DNA of 60,409 nt. It comes from a virus. The notes beneath the pieces are model-generated. The model did no database searches. It saw nothing but the letters and a program-made list of their open reading frames with translations, and was not told the DNA's origin. This document shows, piece by piece, positions 41,783-53,000 of this stretch. Positions within the stretch are counted from its first letter, which is position 1. Every line of letters starts with the position of its first letter. The DNA lies in the IMG/VR virus record IMGVR_UViG_3300045988_116135, one strand, 5' to 3'. A program made the position numbers and the translations under genes.

Positions 41783-42181
41783 ATGAAGAAGCTTTTGTTT
41801 ATTATGGCAATGATGTTGCCGTTGTTTACCTTTATTGGATGTTCGGATGATGATGAAAAGAAAATCCCTGATGAAATGAAAAATATTTACGGAACTTGGG
41901 TCTTGAATCAAGTTGATACAGGAAATGGAGATGGTTATGTGGATTGGCCAATGAAAGAAACATCTGCTACTTTTAATGAAGATGGTACATATTCCGGAAG
42001 TGGATATTTTGGAAATGGTTCCGGAACATATATATTGGAAGGAAGTACTATAACTTGTTTTGTTGAAGGTAAAGAGTTTGTCAAATATGATATTATAAGT
42101 TTAGCAGAAAATAATTGTGAATTAAGAATGTATATATCAGGCAGTGATACAGACTTAAAAATTAAATGTCGAAAGTTCTAA
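41783..42181 (+). CDS. Lipoprotein (132 aa)
   Basis: Signal peptide plus lipobox: MKKLLFIMAMMLPLFTFIGC-SDDDE. Confidence 0.75.
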   Translation: MKKLLFIMAMMLPLFTFIGCSDDDEKKIPDEMKNIYGTWVLNQVDTGNGDGYVDWPMKETSATFNEDGTYSGSGYFGNGSGTYILEGSTITCFVEGKEFVKYDIISLAENNCELRMYISGSDTDLKIKCRKF

Positions 42182-42193
42182 TTATTATTCACA

Positions 42194-42226
42194 GGCCCCG
42201 CTTCCCACAGTTCGGGGCTTTTTTAT
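42194..42226 (+). terminator. Rho-independent terminator after the lipoprotein gene
   Basis: GGCCCCG-12 nt-CGGGGCT followed by TTTTTAT. Confidence 0.75.
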
Positions 42227-42307
42227 TTCCTCCTACAACAAAATTACAACAATCCCGCCATTGTTTTTTTTAGGTCCGCTTGATTTTTTGCCATCCCCCT
42301 TATATGC

Positions 42308-45300
42308 GTGAACTTTGAGTTCATGATCGAGATAAAGGACATATTGGGCAATACTCGTTTCTCGACCCCTATAAACCGGGGCGCAAAGGGGAGATTCACC
42401 TTGATGAAGGAGGACTATATAACCCTTCCTTTTAGCGTTGAAACGCCTATTGATTTCAAGCCGGGCGACTATGTGGACATGAGCGGGGTACTCGATGACG
42501 CTTTAGGAGGTAAGTTGTCCAAGGTATATAAATACCTATCCTTGCAGAAGCCCAATGTGGTGCCGGGAAAATATGATTATGAGTTAAGGTTGGACGCTTA
42601 TTATTATGAGTGGAACACGAAGATATTCAAGTATACCCCGGAAAATCATGGACAGGAGGCAGGATGGAACCTTACCGCCACTCTTGACACGCAACTGGGC
42701 GTGTTCCTGCGTAACCTTAAAGCTAACGGATATACGTATAACGGCGTCGATTATGACTTTGATATAGACAACACGGTCGAGAACAAGGCCGTGTTGATGT
42801 CTTATGACAATATCCACCTTTTGGACGCCCTTTTCTCGATGGCCGCCGAGGACAAGTGGAATTGCGACTGCTGGATAACCGATAATATCATCCATTTCGG
42901 GCGTTGCGAGTTCGGCGACGCCGTAAAGATAGAGTTGGGCGTAGAGGCTTCCTCTATGACCCGTAACGATAGCAAGGGTACTTACGCAACACGTATATAC
43001 GTGTTCGGAGGTACCAGAAACATCCCTGTCAACTATCGTCCGGTAGATGAGCAGACCGTAGTCAACGGTGTCGTGCAAAAGCGGCTCATGCTCCCATCTG
43101 GGACACCGTATATCGATGCCTATCCCGGCATGACCAACGCCGAGGCCGTGGAGGACGTGGTGGTATTTGACGATATCTATCCCAGACGGATAGGTACGTT
43201 GTCGGATGTTAAGACCGTAGACAGGAACATAGAGACGGACGGCGAGGTGACGGGGACTTTCAAGGCTTATCAATACAAGGATACCGGGTTGGTGTTCAAG
43301 GATGAGTATATCATAGAGGGCGAGGGATTGAAGGTCACGTTCCAATCCGGGAGACTTAATGGCATGACTTTCGGAGTCACTTTTAACCCCGAGGGAGCGG
43401 AACCCGTCGAGCAATTATGGGAGATCGTCGCTAACGAGGATTATGGCCGCTTGTTACCAGACGATGTGATCCGTCCGGAGAACGGCGATAAATATATACT
43501 TTCCGGATTCAATATACAATTAGTGTCCGACCAATATATATCGGAGGCGGAGGCGGAGCTTCTGGCCAAGGGTAAAGAATATATAAAGAGAACCAGTATT
43601 GACGATGGCACGTACCCGACTACGTTGGACTCGGAATGGGTCTATCAAGACCAGATCAACCGGACTTACGACGTGGGGCAGAGGATGCGGATGGTCAATC
43701 CCGCTTTCTTCTCGTCGGAAGGGCGTATCAGTCGTGTTATAGGCTGGGAGATGAGCCTTGATATCCCTTATGATTCTCCTGTATATACTATAGGCGAGAG
43801 CACTCAATACAGCCGGCTTGGTGAATTGGAGGACAAGGTTGATTCCTTGACTTATAAAGGACAGACATATACCGGTTCAGGGGGAAGCGGCGTATACGTT
43901 ATCCGTACCAATGACTCCACCCCGGCAAGCGACAGCAACGTATTCTCCGCCCTTCGCTCGTTGGCGACATTCTTGCGCAAGGACAAGCCGGACCAGACCA
44001 AATATCTAATCAAGCTCCTCGGAGGATTGATATCCGATAATATCGAGTCTCAGGATTTTGCCGCCGGTCCTTTCGGCACGGGGTTCCTCGTGAAAAGGGA
44101 CCCAAAGACCGGTAAATCATATATAGAGGCGGACGAGATCTACATCCGCCTTAAAGCGTATTTCGATACCTTGGAGATCAAGCACCTCTCTCACGTGGGA
44201 GGGCGTATCGTATTATCTCCGGCGAGCATGGAGTGCATTCGGGTGGAGGAGGTATCGGTAGATCTGGATGCCTTGTATGACTTTAACGGTGATCCGCTAT
44301 ATGATGTGGAGGATAGCCGGTTGTACTCATTAGGAGGCTCCGGACGTGCCACTACCAACGTGTATAGGTGTTATTTCCGGCAGACCGACGGGGAGAGGGA
44401 GATCGTGAATGAGTTCGCTATCGATGACATGGCCCAATGCCGGGAGTTTAACGTGAAGACCGGGATATCCCATAATGTCCGTAACCAGTATTACTGGCGC
44501 AGGGTCGTAGGCTTGGGGAGTGATCATATAGACTTGTCGATAGATGATTGTGACCCCGGCAGCATGGTCCCGAAGGCGGGTGATACGATCGTCACGATAG
44601 GCAACAAGACGGATACCAATCGTCAGCATGTAGTTTATCTATCCTCCTACGACGATGACGCTCCGTGCTTCAAGCTGTATTCCGGTATCAACTCTTACTC
44701 GATGTTGAATAAGGAAGTGACGGTCATTTCCCCGAACGCCGACAAGAACGTATTCACGGGCAAGGTAGTCATAAAACCGGGGTCTGCCGGCTTCGAGAAC
44801 TTGACAGACAAGCCGGACATGGAAGGCATAAATAATTCCATCAAGAATGCCCAAGAAGCCGCCTCCGCCGCCCAAGAGGCTATCGAGGGAGTGCAAGGCT
44901 CGGTGGATAATTTCAAGTATTACGTTGATAACACCTTCGCCGATGGAATCATATCGGAGGCGGAGACCAAGGATATCGCCCGCTATATAGATATCGTAAA
45001 CAACGAGAAGGCATCGTCATTGGCTACATATAATGAGTTGAGGATCAATCCTTATCTTGACGGGGCAGAGCTTGTCTCCTTGGAAGAGGCCAAGGAAACC
45101 CTGTTCTCTTCCATAGATAGCCTGATCGACGCCGTAAACAAGGCCATAGCGGACAAGAAGGCCACGGAAGAGGAGATAGCCGATATAAACGATAAATACA
45201 CGGAGTTCAATACCGCTTGCGGTAATTTTTATTCCGCTGTGGAGAACGCTAACAAAAAAATACAGGATAATCTTAAGTCATACTCGGATAACGCCCAGAA

Positions 45301-47221
45301 AGCCGCGGATGAGGCTAACAAGAACGCTACGAGCGCGATGGACAGCGCCAATACCGCCAAGAGCGATGTCTTGGGCTTGAAGGACTTCACGGACGAGGCA
45401 TTCGAGGACGGGATTATCTCCAGATCGGAGGCGGTGGCCATAGGAAAGTACACCAATACGGTGAACGCCACCAAGAAAGAGGTGGAATCAACCTACAACA
45501 CGTTATATACCAACCCTTTCCTTTCCGGTACCCCAAAAACGGATTTACTGAACGCCAAGGTGACGTTCATGGGAGCGGTGGATAACCTGTTGGCATCTAT
45601 ACAGACGGCCATTTCGGACGGTAAGACGACAATAACCGAGAAGGAGATTGTCGATAGCAAGTTCTCCGCGTTCAACAGCGCCTATGCCTCACTTGCCACG
45701 GCCATAGAGAACGCTAACAAGACGATCCAGCAGAAGATCAAGGAGGAGGCGGTCAATGAGGCCTCCGATGGTCTTATCTCCGATATCGAGACGATTACCG
45801 AAGCGGACAAAAACGAGATGGCCAAACAGCTGGGATACGCCGATTACGCCTCGATGAAGGAACAAGCGGCGAAGGGCAAGACCATCATAAACGGGGCATC
45901 TATCAATACCCAGTTGATAGATACGGACTTGCTCATCACTTCTCTCGTTATAGCCAAGGCGATAAAAACAAGTAACTTGAACGTAAAAGATAAGTTCATA
46001 GTTAAGACCGATGGCTCCGTGGACATGAACGGCATCTTTCACTCCCTTGGTACTAAGACGGAGCTTGTCATCTCTAACGGTTATTTGAGGATCGCCTATA
46101 ACGGGGAAGAGATCATGCGTTTCGCCGTGAACCAGAATACGGGTATGCCAGAGCTGAATATGCACAAGGGAGATAAGAGCGTGTTTATCTCCCCGGAGAA
46201 ACTTGTGTTCGGTTTTGGCTCAGGGAATAATTTCTTGACTCTTAATCCCAGTGACATTGGAGGGGGAGACGTGAGAAAGAAAAGTGATGGGACCTTGTAT
46301 GTGACCACTGGAGAAACCTCCTTGATAACGGTTGGGATCTACGTGTCTCCGCAGGAGGGAGGTACGACAATCCCTACACCGGGATCTATGCTGTTCAAAT
46401 ACGAGGGAGAGCAGGAGTACGTGGAGGCTATACCCAACGATGGGTATGAGTTCTCCAGATGGAGCGATGGTGGCGCCCAACGCCATTTGGTTACATGGGA
46501 TGTCTCAGGCAAGGGGATAACCGCGTATTTCACCAAGATACAGGTGACTCAATATACGGTGACCCTGATAGCCAACCCGCAACAGGGCGGTACCGTGTCT
46601 GGAGGAGGTGCCGCCGACAAGGGGACGGTACGCGCGGTATCCGCTACCCCCGCCTCCGGTTACCGCTTTGTCAGCTGGAGCGATGGGGGGAACCAGACCC
46701 ACAACGTCACTTGGGACGCTAATAAGACCTTGACCGCTAATTTCGAGAAGGCTATTATAACGGGTGACGAGATATTGTTGGGTACCTCGTTGACATCAGG
46801 CGCGTATACGAGCGTGTTGAAGAAGGGGACGGGTACCTTGACGGCTTCCACTTCCGGCGGTAATATGACGGTCATGTCCTCGTCCGGCAATCAGGGATGG
46901 GTGCTGTTCAACAAGGGATATCTCGGGAGCAAGTTGTCGCAAGGGCATATATACAGGCTAAGTGTCACGGCCAAGGTCGCTTCCGGTACGGTCACTTTCT
47001 TGGCCGGCATAGGCTCTATAGACTCCGGAGGAGAGTTCAACGACCTTTCCTCGGGAGATATGATCTATGGCGAGCAGATAACGACATCCGTAAAGACCTT
47101 TGTCGTGGATATAACGGTCTACAAGAGAGATAGCACGGTAAGCGACGCGGTGGCTATGTCGTTCTTCCCCGATAGTACGGCCACTATAACAATAACGGGT
47201 ATATCGTTGAAGGAGGTGTGA
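42308..47221 (+). CDS. Large tail tip/host-specificity protein (1637 aa)
   Basis: Contains an internal ~115-aa coiled-coil duplication (FADGIISEAETKDIARY.. / FEDGIISRSEAVAIGKY..). Two Listeria-Bacteroides-type repeats are present (GYEFSRWSDGG.., GYRFVSWSDGG..). The track start is GTG; the first ATG is at 42323. Confidence 0.8.
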   Translation: MNFEFMIEIKDILGNTRFSTPINRGAKGRFTLMKEDYITLPFSVETPIDFKPGDYVDMSGVLDDALGGKLSKVYKYLSLQKPNVVPGKYDYELRLDAYYYEWNTKIFKYTPENHGQEAGWNLTATLDTQLGVFLRNLKANGYTYNGVDYDFDIDNTVENKAVLMSYDNIHLLDALFSMAAEDKWNCDCWITDNIIHFGRCEFGDAVKIELGVEASSMTRNDSKGTYATRIYVFGGTRNIPVNYRPVDEQTVVNGVVQKRLMLPSGTPYIDAYPGMTNAEAVEDVVVFDDIYPRRIGTLSDVKTVDRNIETDGEVTGTFKAYQYKDTGLVFKDEYIIEGEGLKVTFQSGRLNGMTFGVTFNPEGAEPVEQLWEIVANEDYGRLLPDDVIRPENGDKYILSGFNIQLVSDQYISEAEAELLAKGKEYIKRTSIDDGTYPTTLDSEWVYQDQINRTYDVGQRMRMVNPAFFSSEGRISRVIGWEMSLDIPYDSPVYTIGESTQYSRLGELEDKVDSLTYKGQTYTGSGGSGVYVIRTNDSTPASDSNVFSALRSLATFLRKDKPDQTKYLIKLLGGLISDNIESQDFAAGPFGTGFLVKRDPKTGKSYIEADEIYIRLKAYFDTLEIKHLSHVGGRIVLSPASMECIRVEEVSVDLDALYDFNGDPLYDVEDSRLYSLGGSGRATTNVYRCYFRQTDGEREIVNEFAIDDMAQCREFNVKTGISHNVRNQYYWRRVVGLGSDHIDLSIDDCDPGSMVPKAGDTIVTIGNKTDTNRQHVVYLSSYDDDAPCFKLYSGINSYSMLNKEVTVISPNADKNVFTGKVVIKPGSAGFENLTDKPDMEGINNSIKNAQEAASAAQEAIEGVQGSVDNFKYYVDNTFADGIISEAETKDIARYIDIVNNEKASSLATYNELRINPYLDGAELVSLEEAKETLFSSIDSLIDAVNKAIADKKATEEEIADINDKYTEFNTACGNFYSAVENANKKIQDNLKSYSDNAQKAADEANKNATSAMDSANTAKSDVLGLKDFTDEAFEDGIISRSEAVAIGKYTNTVNATKKEVESTYNTLYTNPFLSGTPKTDLLNAKVTFMGAVDNLLASIQTAISDGKTTITEKEIVDSKFSAFNSAYASLATAIENANKTIQQKIKEEAVNEASDGLISDIETITEADKNEMAKQLGYADYASMKEQAAKGKTIINGASINTQLIDTDLLITSLVIAKAIKTSNLNVKDKFIVKTDGSVDMNGIFHSLGTKTELVISNGYLRIAYNGEEIMRFAVNQNTGMPELNMHKGDKSVFISPEKLVFGFGSGNNFLTLNPSDIGGGDVRKKSDGTLYVTTGETSLITVGIYVSPQEGGTTIPTPGSMLFKYEGEQEYVEAIPNDGYEFSRWSDGGAQRHLVTWDVSGKGITAYFTKIQVTQYTVTLIANPQQGGTVSGGGAADKGTVRAVSATPASGYRFVSWSDGGNQTHNVTWDANKTLTANFEKAIITGDEILLGTSLTSGAYTSVLKKGTGTLTASTSGGNMTVMSSSGNQGWVLFNKGYLGSKLSQGHIYRLSVTAKVASGTVTFLAGIGSIDSGGEFNDLSSGDMIYGEQITTSVKTFVVDITVYKRDSTVSDAVAMSFFPDSTATITITGISLKEV

Positions 47222-47222
47222 T

Positions 47223-48944
47223 ATGGGAATCATTAACAAGACAACAGATAAGATAAACGTCTTGCTTGACAAGATAGCGGATATTCCAGAGGAGGGTCTG
47301 GCAGGGAAGACCCCAGTATTGGAAGACGTGAGAGTCACCACCCTATCCGCGGGTAGCGATGCCACTGGCGATATCGTTAGAACCGGGGTTGATAGTGAGG
47401 GAAACCCATCGTACGTGATAAATCTAGGTATCCCACGAGGTAAGGACGGGACTTCTGGAGGTCCCGCCAGTATAGACTGGACCAATGTCCTTAATAAGCC
47501 AGAATGGATAATGTCATCCACTAAACCATCATATACGGCCGATGAGGTCGGGGCATTACCCTCAAGCACCTCTTTCAAGACGGTTAACGGGGAATCCATA
47601 TTGGGGGAGGGTGATATAGAAATCTCATCCGAGGGAGGAAACGGCGTAGGACGAAACTACCCCGGTTACAAGAACGCCGAGATATTCAACGATTACGAGA
47701 GCAACAAGGCCGCCGGCGCCTATGCTCATGCGGAGGGCCGGGAGACGAACGCAGCCGGCCCTCGGGCTCACGCCGAGGGGTATAAGACGAGTGTTTTCGC
47801 CGCCGATGCCCATGCCGAGGGGAGGGAGACGTGGTGCTTGGGACCACAAGGGCATGTGGAAGGGATGAACGGGATCGCTTGGGGAGGGTTGTCGCATGTC
47901 GAGGGACTGGCCGCTCGTATAGAGAATGGATCTTACGTGCCGCCCGTTGAGGGGGGGAAAAAAATTCTTAACGAAGAGGATTTGATCAGGACGATATGGG
48001 ATACATATGGCCTCGCATGGGGGAAAGAGATTATCGTAAGCGAGGACTTGTTTAATGATTATTATATACATGCTTCCTTTGGGGAAAGAAACCATGTAGA
48101 GGGCGTTAATAATGTCGTTTTAAACAATTGCGTACACGTTGAAGGTCGTGGAAATGTATCGGGGGCCTCCGTAACCGCGCATGGGGCTGCTCAGATTGAC
48201 CACGTGATCCATATAGAGGGATGCTGGAATACGGTCTATCCCCAATCTAGGGATACGGGATGTCACATAGAGGGAAAATCCAACCTCGTCCGTGAGTCCG
48301 GGGATGGCTCCACGATATATTACGCCACCGCTGCCCATGTGGAAGGTGAGAATAACGTCATAGATTGCCTGTCGCATATCGGCGATGATTACATCCGGGG
48401 GGATGCCAGATGGTCGCATGTGGGGGGGTACTCATGTTCTGTTGTTAGGGCTAGCTACGCTTTTGCCCATGGCGACCATCTTTCCGTGTCCAACGATCAC
48501 GAGGTATCGTTCGGACGTTACAACCTCTCTGAGATCAACGGAAATAAAGTTTTGTTCTCTTATGGTATTGGAGATGATGGACGGAGAGATAACGCCTTAT
48601 CTATACTGGAGGATGGAACGGTGGTGATTCCCCGGCTGGACGGGGGAAGTGTCAAGGAGCAAATAGAAGCTGCCATACAACCATTAACCAACAAGGTTAA
48701 CAATATATATAAAGAGCTCAAGGGAATTATAGACGAGCAATCCAAGCAAATACAAGATTTGTTAGCCTTGATACCGTCGGTGAAGGTAGAGAATGACATA
48801 TTGATGATCGGGACACCCAAGGCCTTCGTGATAGGTAGCCTGCTTGTATTGACAAGGAACCTTCCGGCCGGCGTTTCCGATGATACGCTTACGATTACCG
48901 ATACGTCGGTGGAGGTAGATAATGATATATTAACAATTAAATAA
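47223..48944 (+). CDS. Tail fibre protein
   Basis: Collagen-like GIPRGKDGTSGGP, then repeated HAEG/HVEG units (AHAEGRET, AHAEGYKT, AHAEGRET, GHVEG, SHVEG, NHVEG). Confidence 0.7.
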   Translation: MGIINKTTDKINVLLDKIADIPEEGLAGKTPVLEDVRVTTLSAGSDATGDIVRTGVDSEGNPSYVINLGIPRGKDGTSGGPASIDWTNVLNKPEWIMSSTKPSYTADEVGALPSSTSFKTVNGESILGEGDIEISSEGGNGVGRNYPGYKNAEIFNDYESNKAAGAYAHAEGRETNAAGPRAHAEGYKTSVFAADAHAEGRETWCLGPQGHVEGMNGIAWGGLSHVEGLAARIENGSYVPPVEGGKKILNEEDLIRTIWDTYGLAWGKEIIVSEDLFNDYYIHASFGERNHVEGVNNVVLNNCVHVEGRGNVSGASVTAHGAAQIDHVIHIEGCWNTVYPQSRDTGCHIEGKSNLVRESGDGSTIYYATAAHVEGENNVIDCLSHIGDDYIRGDARWSHVGGYSCSVVRASYAFAHGDHLSVSNDHEVSFGRYNLSEINGNKVLFSYGIGDDGRRDNALSILEDGTVVIPRLDGGSVKEQIEAAIQPLTNKVNNIYKELKGIIDEQSKQIQDLLALIPSVKVENDILMIGTPKAFVIGSLLVLTRNLPAGVSDDTLTITDTSVEVDNDILTIK

Positions 48945-48958
48945 ACACTAAGGATATT

Positions 48959-50050
48959 ATGAGCACGATTAAAAAGGTAAACGTAAACGGGCAAGAGTAT
49001 GATTTGGCCGGTTCTGGAGGCGGTGGGGTTTTGATCGAGATAACCCACTCGGAACTAGTGGCTCTTAGGAATAGTGGCGGTCTTGTTCAAGGGAATAAAT
49101 ACCGGATAACGGATTATAACGCCGTCTTTAACACGTTAAGATCAGCGGGACATCAATTTGATATCGTAGTGGAGGCATTGTCTTCATCTGAGCTTTCCGA
49201 GAAAGCCTCCGCTATGATACATGAGGGGGATGTATATTTCGAAAACTCCCATCTGGATCTATGGACAGTCTATTACTCATTGGATAACGACACTTCTCGC
49301 TTTAAAGAGGCATCGGCTTCTGGAAAAGGCTTTATCTGGAGATTAATAGATGAGTATAATAACGATGTATGCTTCGATTTCAAGAACGCCCTTTTCACGT
49401 TGTCATCTTCTGATTTTGATTTTGTCACGAGTGATTCATTGGATTTTTATCTGTTCTCTCATTTAGAGACGGGAACCCCATCCCAGTCGGACATCAAGGA
49501 TAAAACAATAGTGAGATCTGGTTCCGTTTATAATAATATTGTAAAATTCAAGCTAACATCATCACCCAAATTGGTGTTTGGTTGCGTAAAAGGACTCCTT
49601 GATTCAATATCTCCTTTTTTACTGTCTTGTAATCAAATTGAGGCTATTGAATCTGTTATTGTGTTTGGTATGAGCGCTAGTAAGTTTGCCTCCAGTAAGA
49701 TTTGTCTTGGCGCCAAAGTCATTTCAAAAAAAACGGTATCAAATATAATCAATTCTGTTTTTAGCGCTTCATTGACGCTTGAGGGAACTTATTCTATTAA
49801 TAATACAAACATATGCGATATAAATAAAATATCTTATGAAGGCGATATTATAAATTGCTTTATTTATGGAGGACTTAGAAAGCCATCATTAAAATGCTCA
49901 TCGATGAATAACGTATCCGTAAAAATTATTGCTACAAATAATAATACATTGTTGACTCTTTCCGATCGATTGGATTCTGTCGATGTTTACGCCAAGGAGA
50001 ATGAATCTGGATCTTATGATATAAAAATCGTAGACCCGTTTGCGCAATAA
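48959..50050 (+). CDS. Tail fibre-associated protein (363 aa)
   Basis: Position only. Confidence 0.45.
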   Translation: MSTIKKVNVNGQEYDLAGSGGGGVLIEITHSELVALRNSGGLVQGNKYRITDYNAVFNTLRSAGHQFDIVVEALSSSELSEKASAMIHEGDVYFENSHLDLWTVYYSLDNDTSRFKEASASGKGFIWRLIDEYNNDVCFDFKNALFTLSSSDFDFVTSDSLDFYLFSHLETGTPSQSDIKDKTIVRSGSVYNNIVKFKLTSSPKLVFGCVKGLLDSISPFLLSCNQIEAIESVIVFGMSASKFASSKICLGAKVISKKTVSNIINSVFSASLTLEGTYSINNTNICDINKISYEGDIINCFIYGGLRKPSLKCSSMNNVSVKIIATNNNTLLTLSDRLDSVDVYAKENESGSYDIKIVDPFAQ

Positions 50051-50068
50051 CATGGATAAAAAAAGGAT

Positions 50069-53000
50069 ATGGAAGCTATTCGCATAGGAAACGACATCAA
50101 TATAGAATGGACCATCTTCCGGGACGGTAAGCCCGAGTCTTTGGATGGCAAGAACATTAGCGTCTTCATGACCAATGGCTATAAGAAGATGGCGGTAAAA
50201 GACCTCCACTTCCGGGATAACGTGATACGATTCACTTACTTAGGTAAAGACCAAGATTATAACGGCGTCTATACGCTGACCCTTATCGAGAACAAAGGGA
50301 AGGAGGGCATGTACACCGTAGACGCTTGCGATGCGTTCCGTCTTATCCCACGGTCGTGCTCCGTAGGTGGAGATACGGGATGCGGCAGCGTCAAGGTGAC
50401 AACGGTAAAGCTAACGGGAGATATATCCGTTCCTGCCGTAGGGACCGGAGATTATGAAAGTATGACCAATAAACCACGGATCAACGGGGTTGAGTTGGTC
50501 GGGGATAAGTCCCTAGAGGAGTTAGGGATACCCATTCTGCCTGATAATATCGTAACCGATGCCGATTACACGCATACGGATAACAACTTGACGGACGCTC
50601 TTTTGGAAAAGCTCGACGGATTGAGTAATTACGATGATACGGCGTTAAGAGAGGCTTTAACCTCCGAGATCAGCAGGGCGAAGGAGGTAGAGGGGGATCT
50701 TGACACGGCCATAAGGAAAGTGGCTTCCGATCTGTCCACGTTTATAACGGGAGATCCGGACGCGGACAATGTCATCAACAGATGGCAGGAGGTGGTGGAG
50801 TTCTTGTCCGGTATGACAGAGGATAAGGATATGGCCGGAGTGTTGCTGGATTTGAAAAAACAAATACTTGCGGAGGTCACGAGTATCTTGTCAGGTTATT
50901 ACACGTCCGGACAGATTGACGATAGGTTTGTCGAGAAGATCAAAGGGAAGGGACTTAGCACAAACGACCTTACGGATGAGCTGTTATCTAAGATCAACGG
51001 CTTATCCAACTATGATGATGAATGGGTCAGGAGTGAGATCGCCTCTATCAAGGCGGATATCGACACGTTATTGGGTGATGGAGCGAGCGACGCTATAGAT
51101 ACCTTCCATGAGATCGAGCTTTTTTTGCAGGGTATTACGGATAAGGAAACCCTAACCGGTCTTCTCAATGACTTGCGTGCGGAGATAACGGCTTTGATCC
51201 CAACCAAGACATCCCAATTAACAAATGACGATCACATCGTAAAGGACGCTAATTACGTCCATACGGACAATAATTATACTGACGAAGATAAGGGTAAGTT
51301 GGATGGATTGGATAATTACGACGATACGGATATCCGGAATCTGGTCACCGGTCTAAGGACGGACGTTGATAAGTTAAAGCCCGTTGTCACCTCCACCCCG
51401 TCTAGCGGTCAGATAACCATAACGCCGGACAAGGCCAAAAACGAAGATCCGGACGTGTCGATAACGCTGAAGACCAAGGGGGACAAGGATAAGTCGCTGA
51501 TGGCCGACGGCAAGTACCGCAAGCTGCCCGTGTACGGCAGGAACCTGTTGCTGGGATCGGGGAAGGAAATCTCTTCTACCAGTTATTGGGTTACCGATTG
51601 GTATACAGCTGAAAATATTCCAGAATCAAAACAAGTAACGTTTACTATATGGGCGGATCTAGGATCTGATGTTACTTCTGTCTGGTTATATAAAGCTGGA
51701 GGTTCGGTTTTTTTAGCCTCAATCGCTAGGGATAAGTTTGTTGATGGGAAAGCTTCCGTTACGTTTACATGGGAATCTGGGGGGATTGCTGAAAATGTAT
51801 TAAAGTTGTATCAAAAATCACCAGACAATAACACAAAAGGAAATATAGCTATACATAAAGTGAAGCTCGAGTACGGCGACATCTCCACCGAGTGGACCCC
51901 CGCTTGGGAGGACATCCCGGATATAGAGGGGCGGTACGCCTACGGTGTAGAGTGGGACATGGCATCGTCAAGCCCGGACGGGAAGCGTGTGGGTAATATG
52001 CAACTACATCGGGAGTTGCCGGTGCAGAGTAAGATGAGAAGGTGTCTTTTGGATAGAGATGGTGGAGTTAAAGAATATTTGGATAATGAGCTTTCATGGG
52101 GTGGAAGCTATTTGGATTATGCCGTTATGACAGAGATACCTGAACATTGGTATAAATTGTATTTTAATGGCACTAAATTTAGGAAGATGTTGTCCGAAAT
52201 TCCATTACCTGGGTATAAACATGTAGATAAGTTCTATATCTCAACATATGAAGCCAGAATGTATAGAACCGATAATTTATTATGTTCGGCGGCTGGAGCT
52301 AGTAAATCAAGTGATCCTAATTCAATTAATTTTAGAGGTGGCGACAATACCGCTGAATGGGATGATACCTACCGTTCCCTACTCGGCCGTCCCGTCACCA
52401 ACCTCACCCGAGACCAATTCCGGCAAGCCGCGAGGAAACGTGGCAGCGGGTGGGAGATGTACACCTACAACGCCCACAAGACCCTGTTCTGGCTATTCGC
52501 CGTCGAGTACGCCACGCTGGACAGCCAGAAGCCTTTCAACGCCCAGAAGGACGCTAACGGTTTCGCCCAAGGTGGCCTAGGTCCGGGACCAACGCAAATG
52601 ACGGATTGGACTAACTTCAATAACGCCAACCCCCTTATCCCATGCGGCTATACCAACGAGTTTGGGAACGGCTCGGGAGAGAAGGCATATGTGGTGAAGA
52701 ACGCTTCCGGCGGTACTCACGCCACGTTGATGGCTAACAGGTATCGTGGTATAGAGACTCCGTTCGGCCATATATGGAAATATACTGACGGGGCCAATAT
52801 ACAGGTCACCACGGGCGATGCGGGATTATCCATATTATGGACTACCGATGACCCGTCGAATTTCAGCGACACCTCTTACACCGGCTATGATAAGAAGGGC
52901 AATATCTGCCGTACAAACGGTTATGCCAAGAAGATGTTGCTTGGGGAAGATGGCGATATAGTGTCCACGGAGGTCGGCGGTAGCTCCTCTACCTACTGGT

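Noticed and set aside
42584-43414. Very long antisense ORFs opposite structural genes (276 aa here; also 58696..59412 at 238 aa, 46958..47599 at 213 aa, and 32544..33020, 34118..34585 and 45689..46165 at 155-158 aa)
   Set aside because: They are shadow ORFs opposite long, clearly coding sense genes in the more GC-rich regions. Their compositions are skewed and low in complexity. They also lack independent starts, spacing or motifs.
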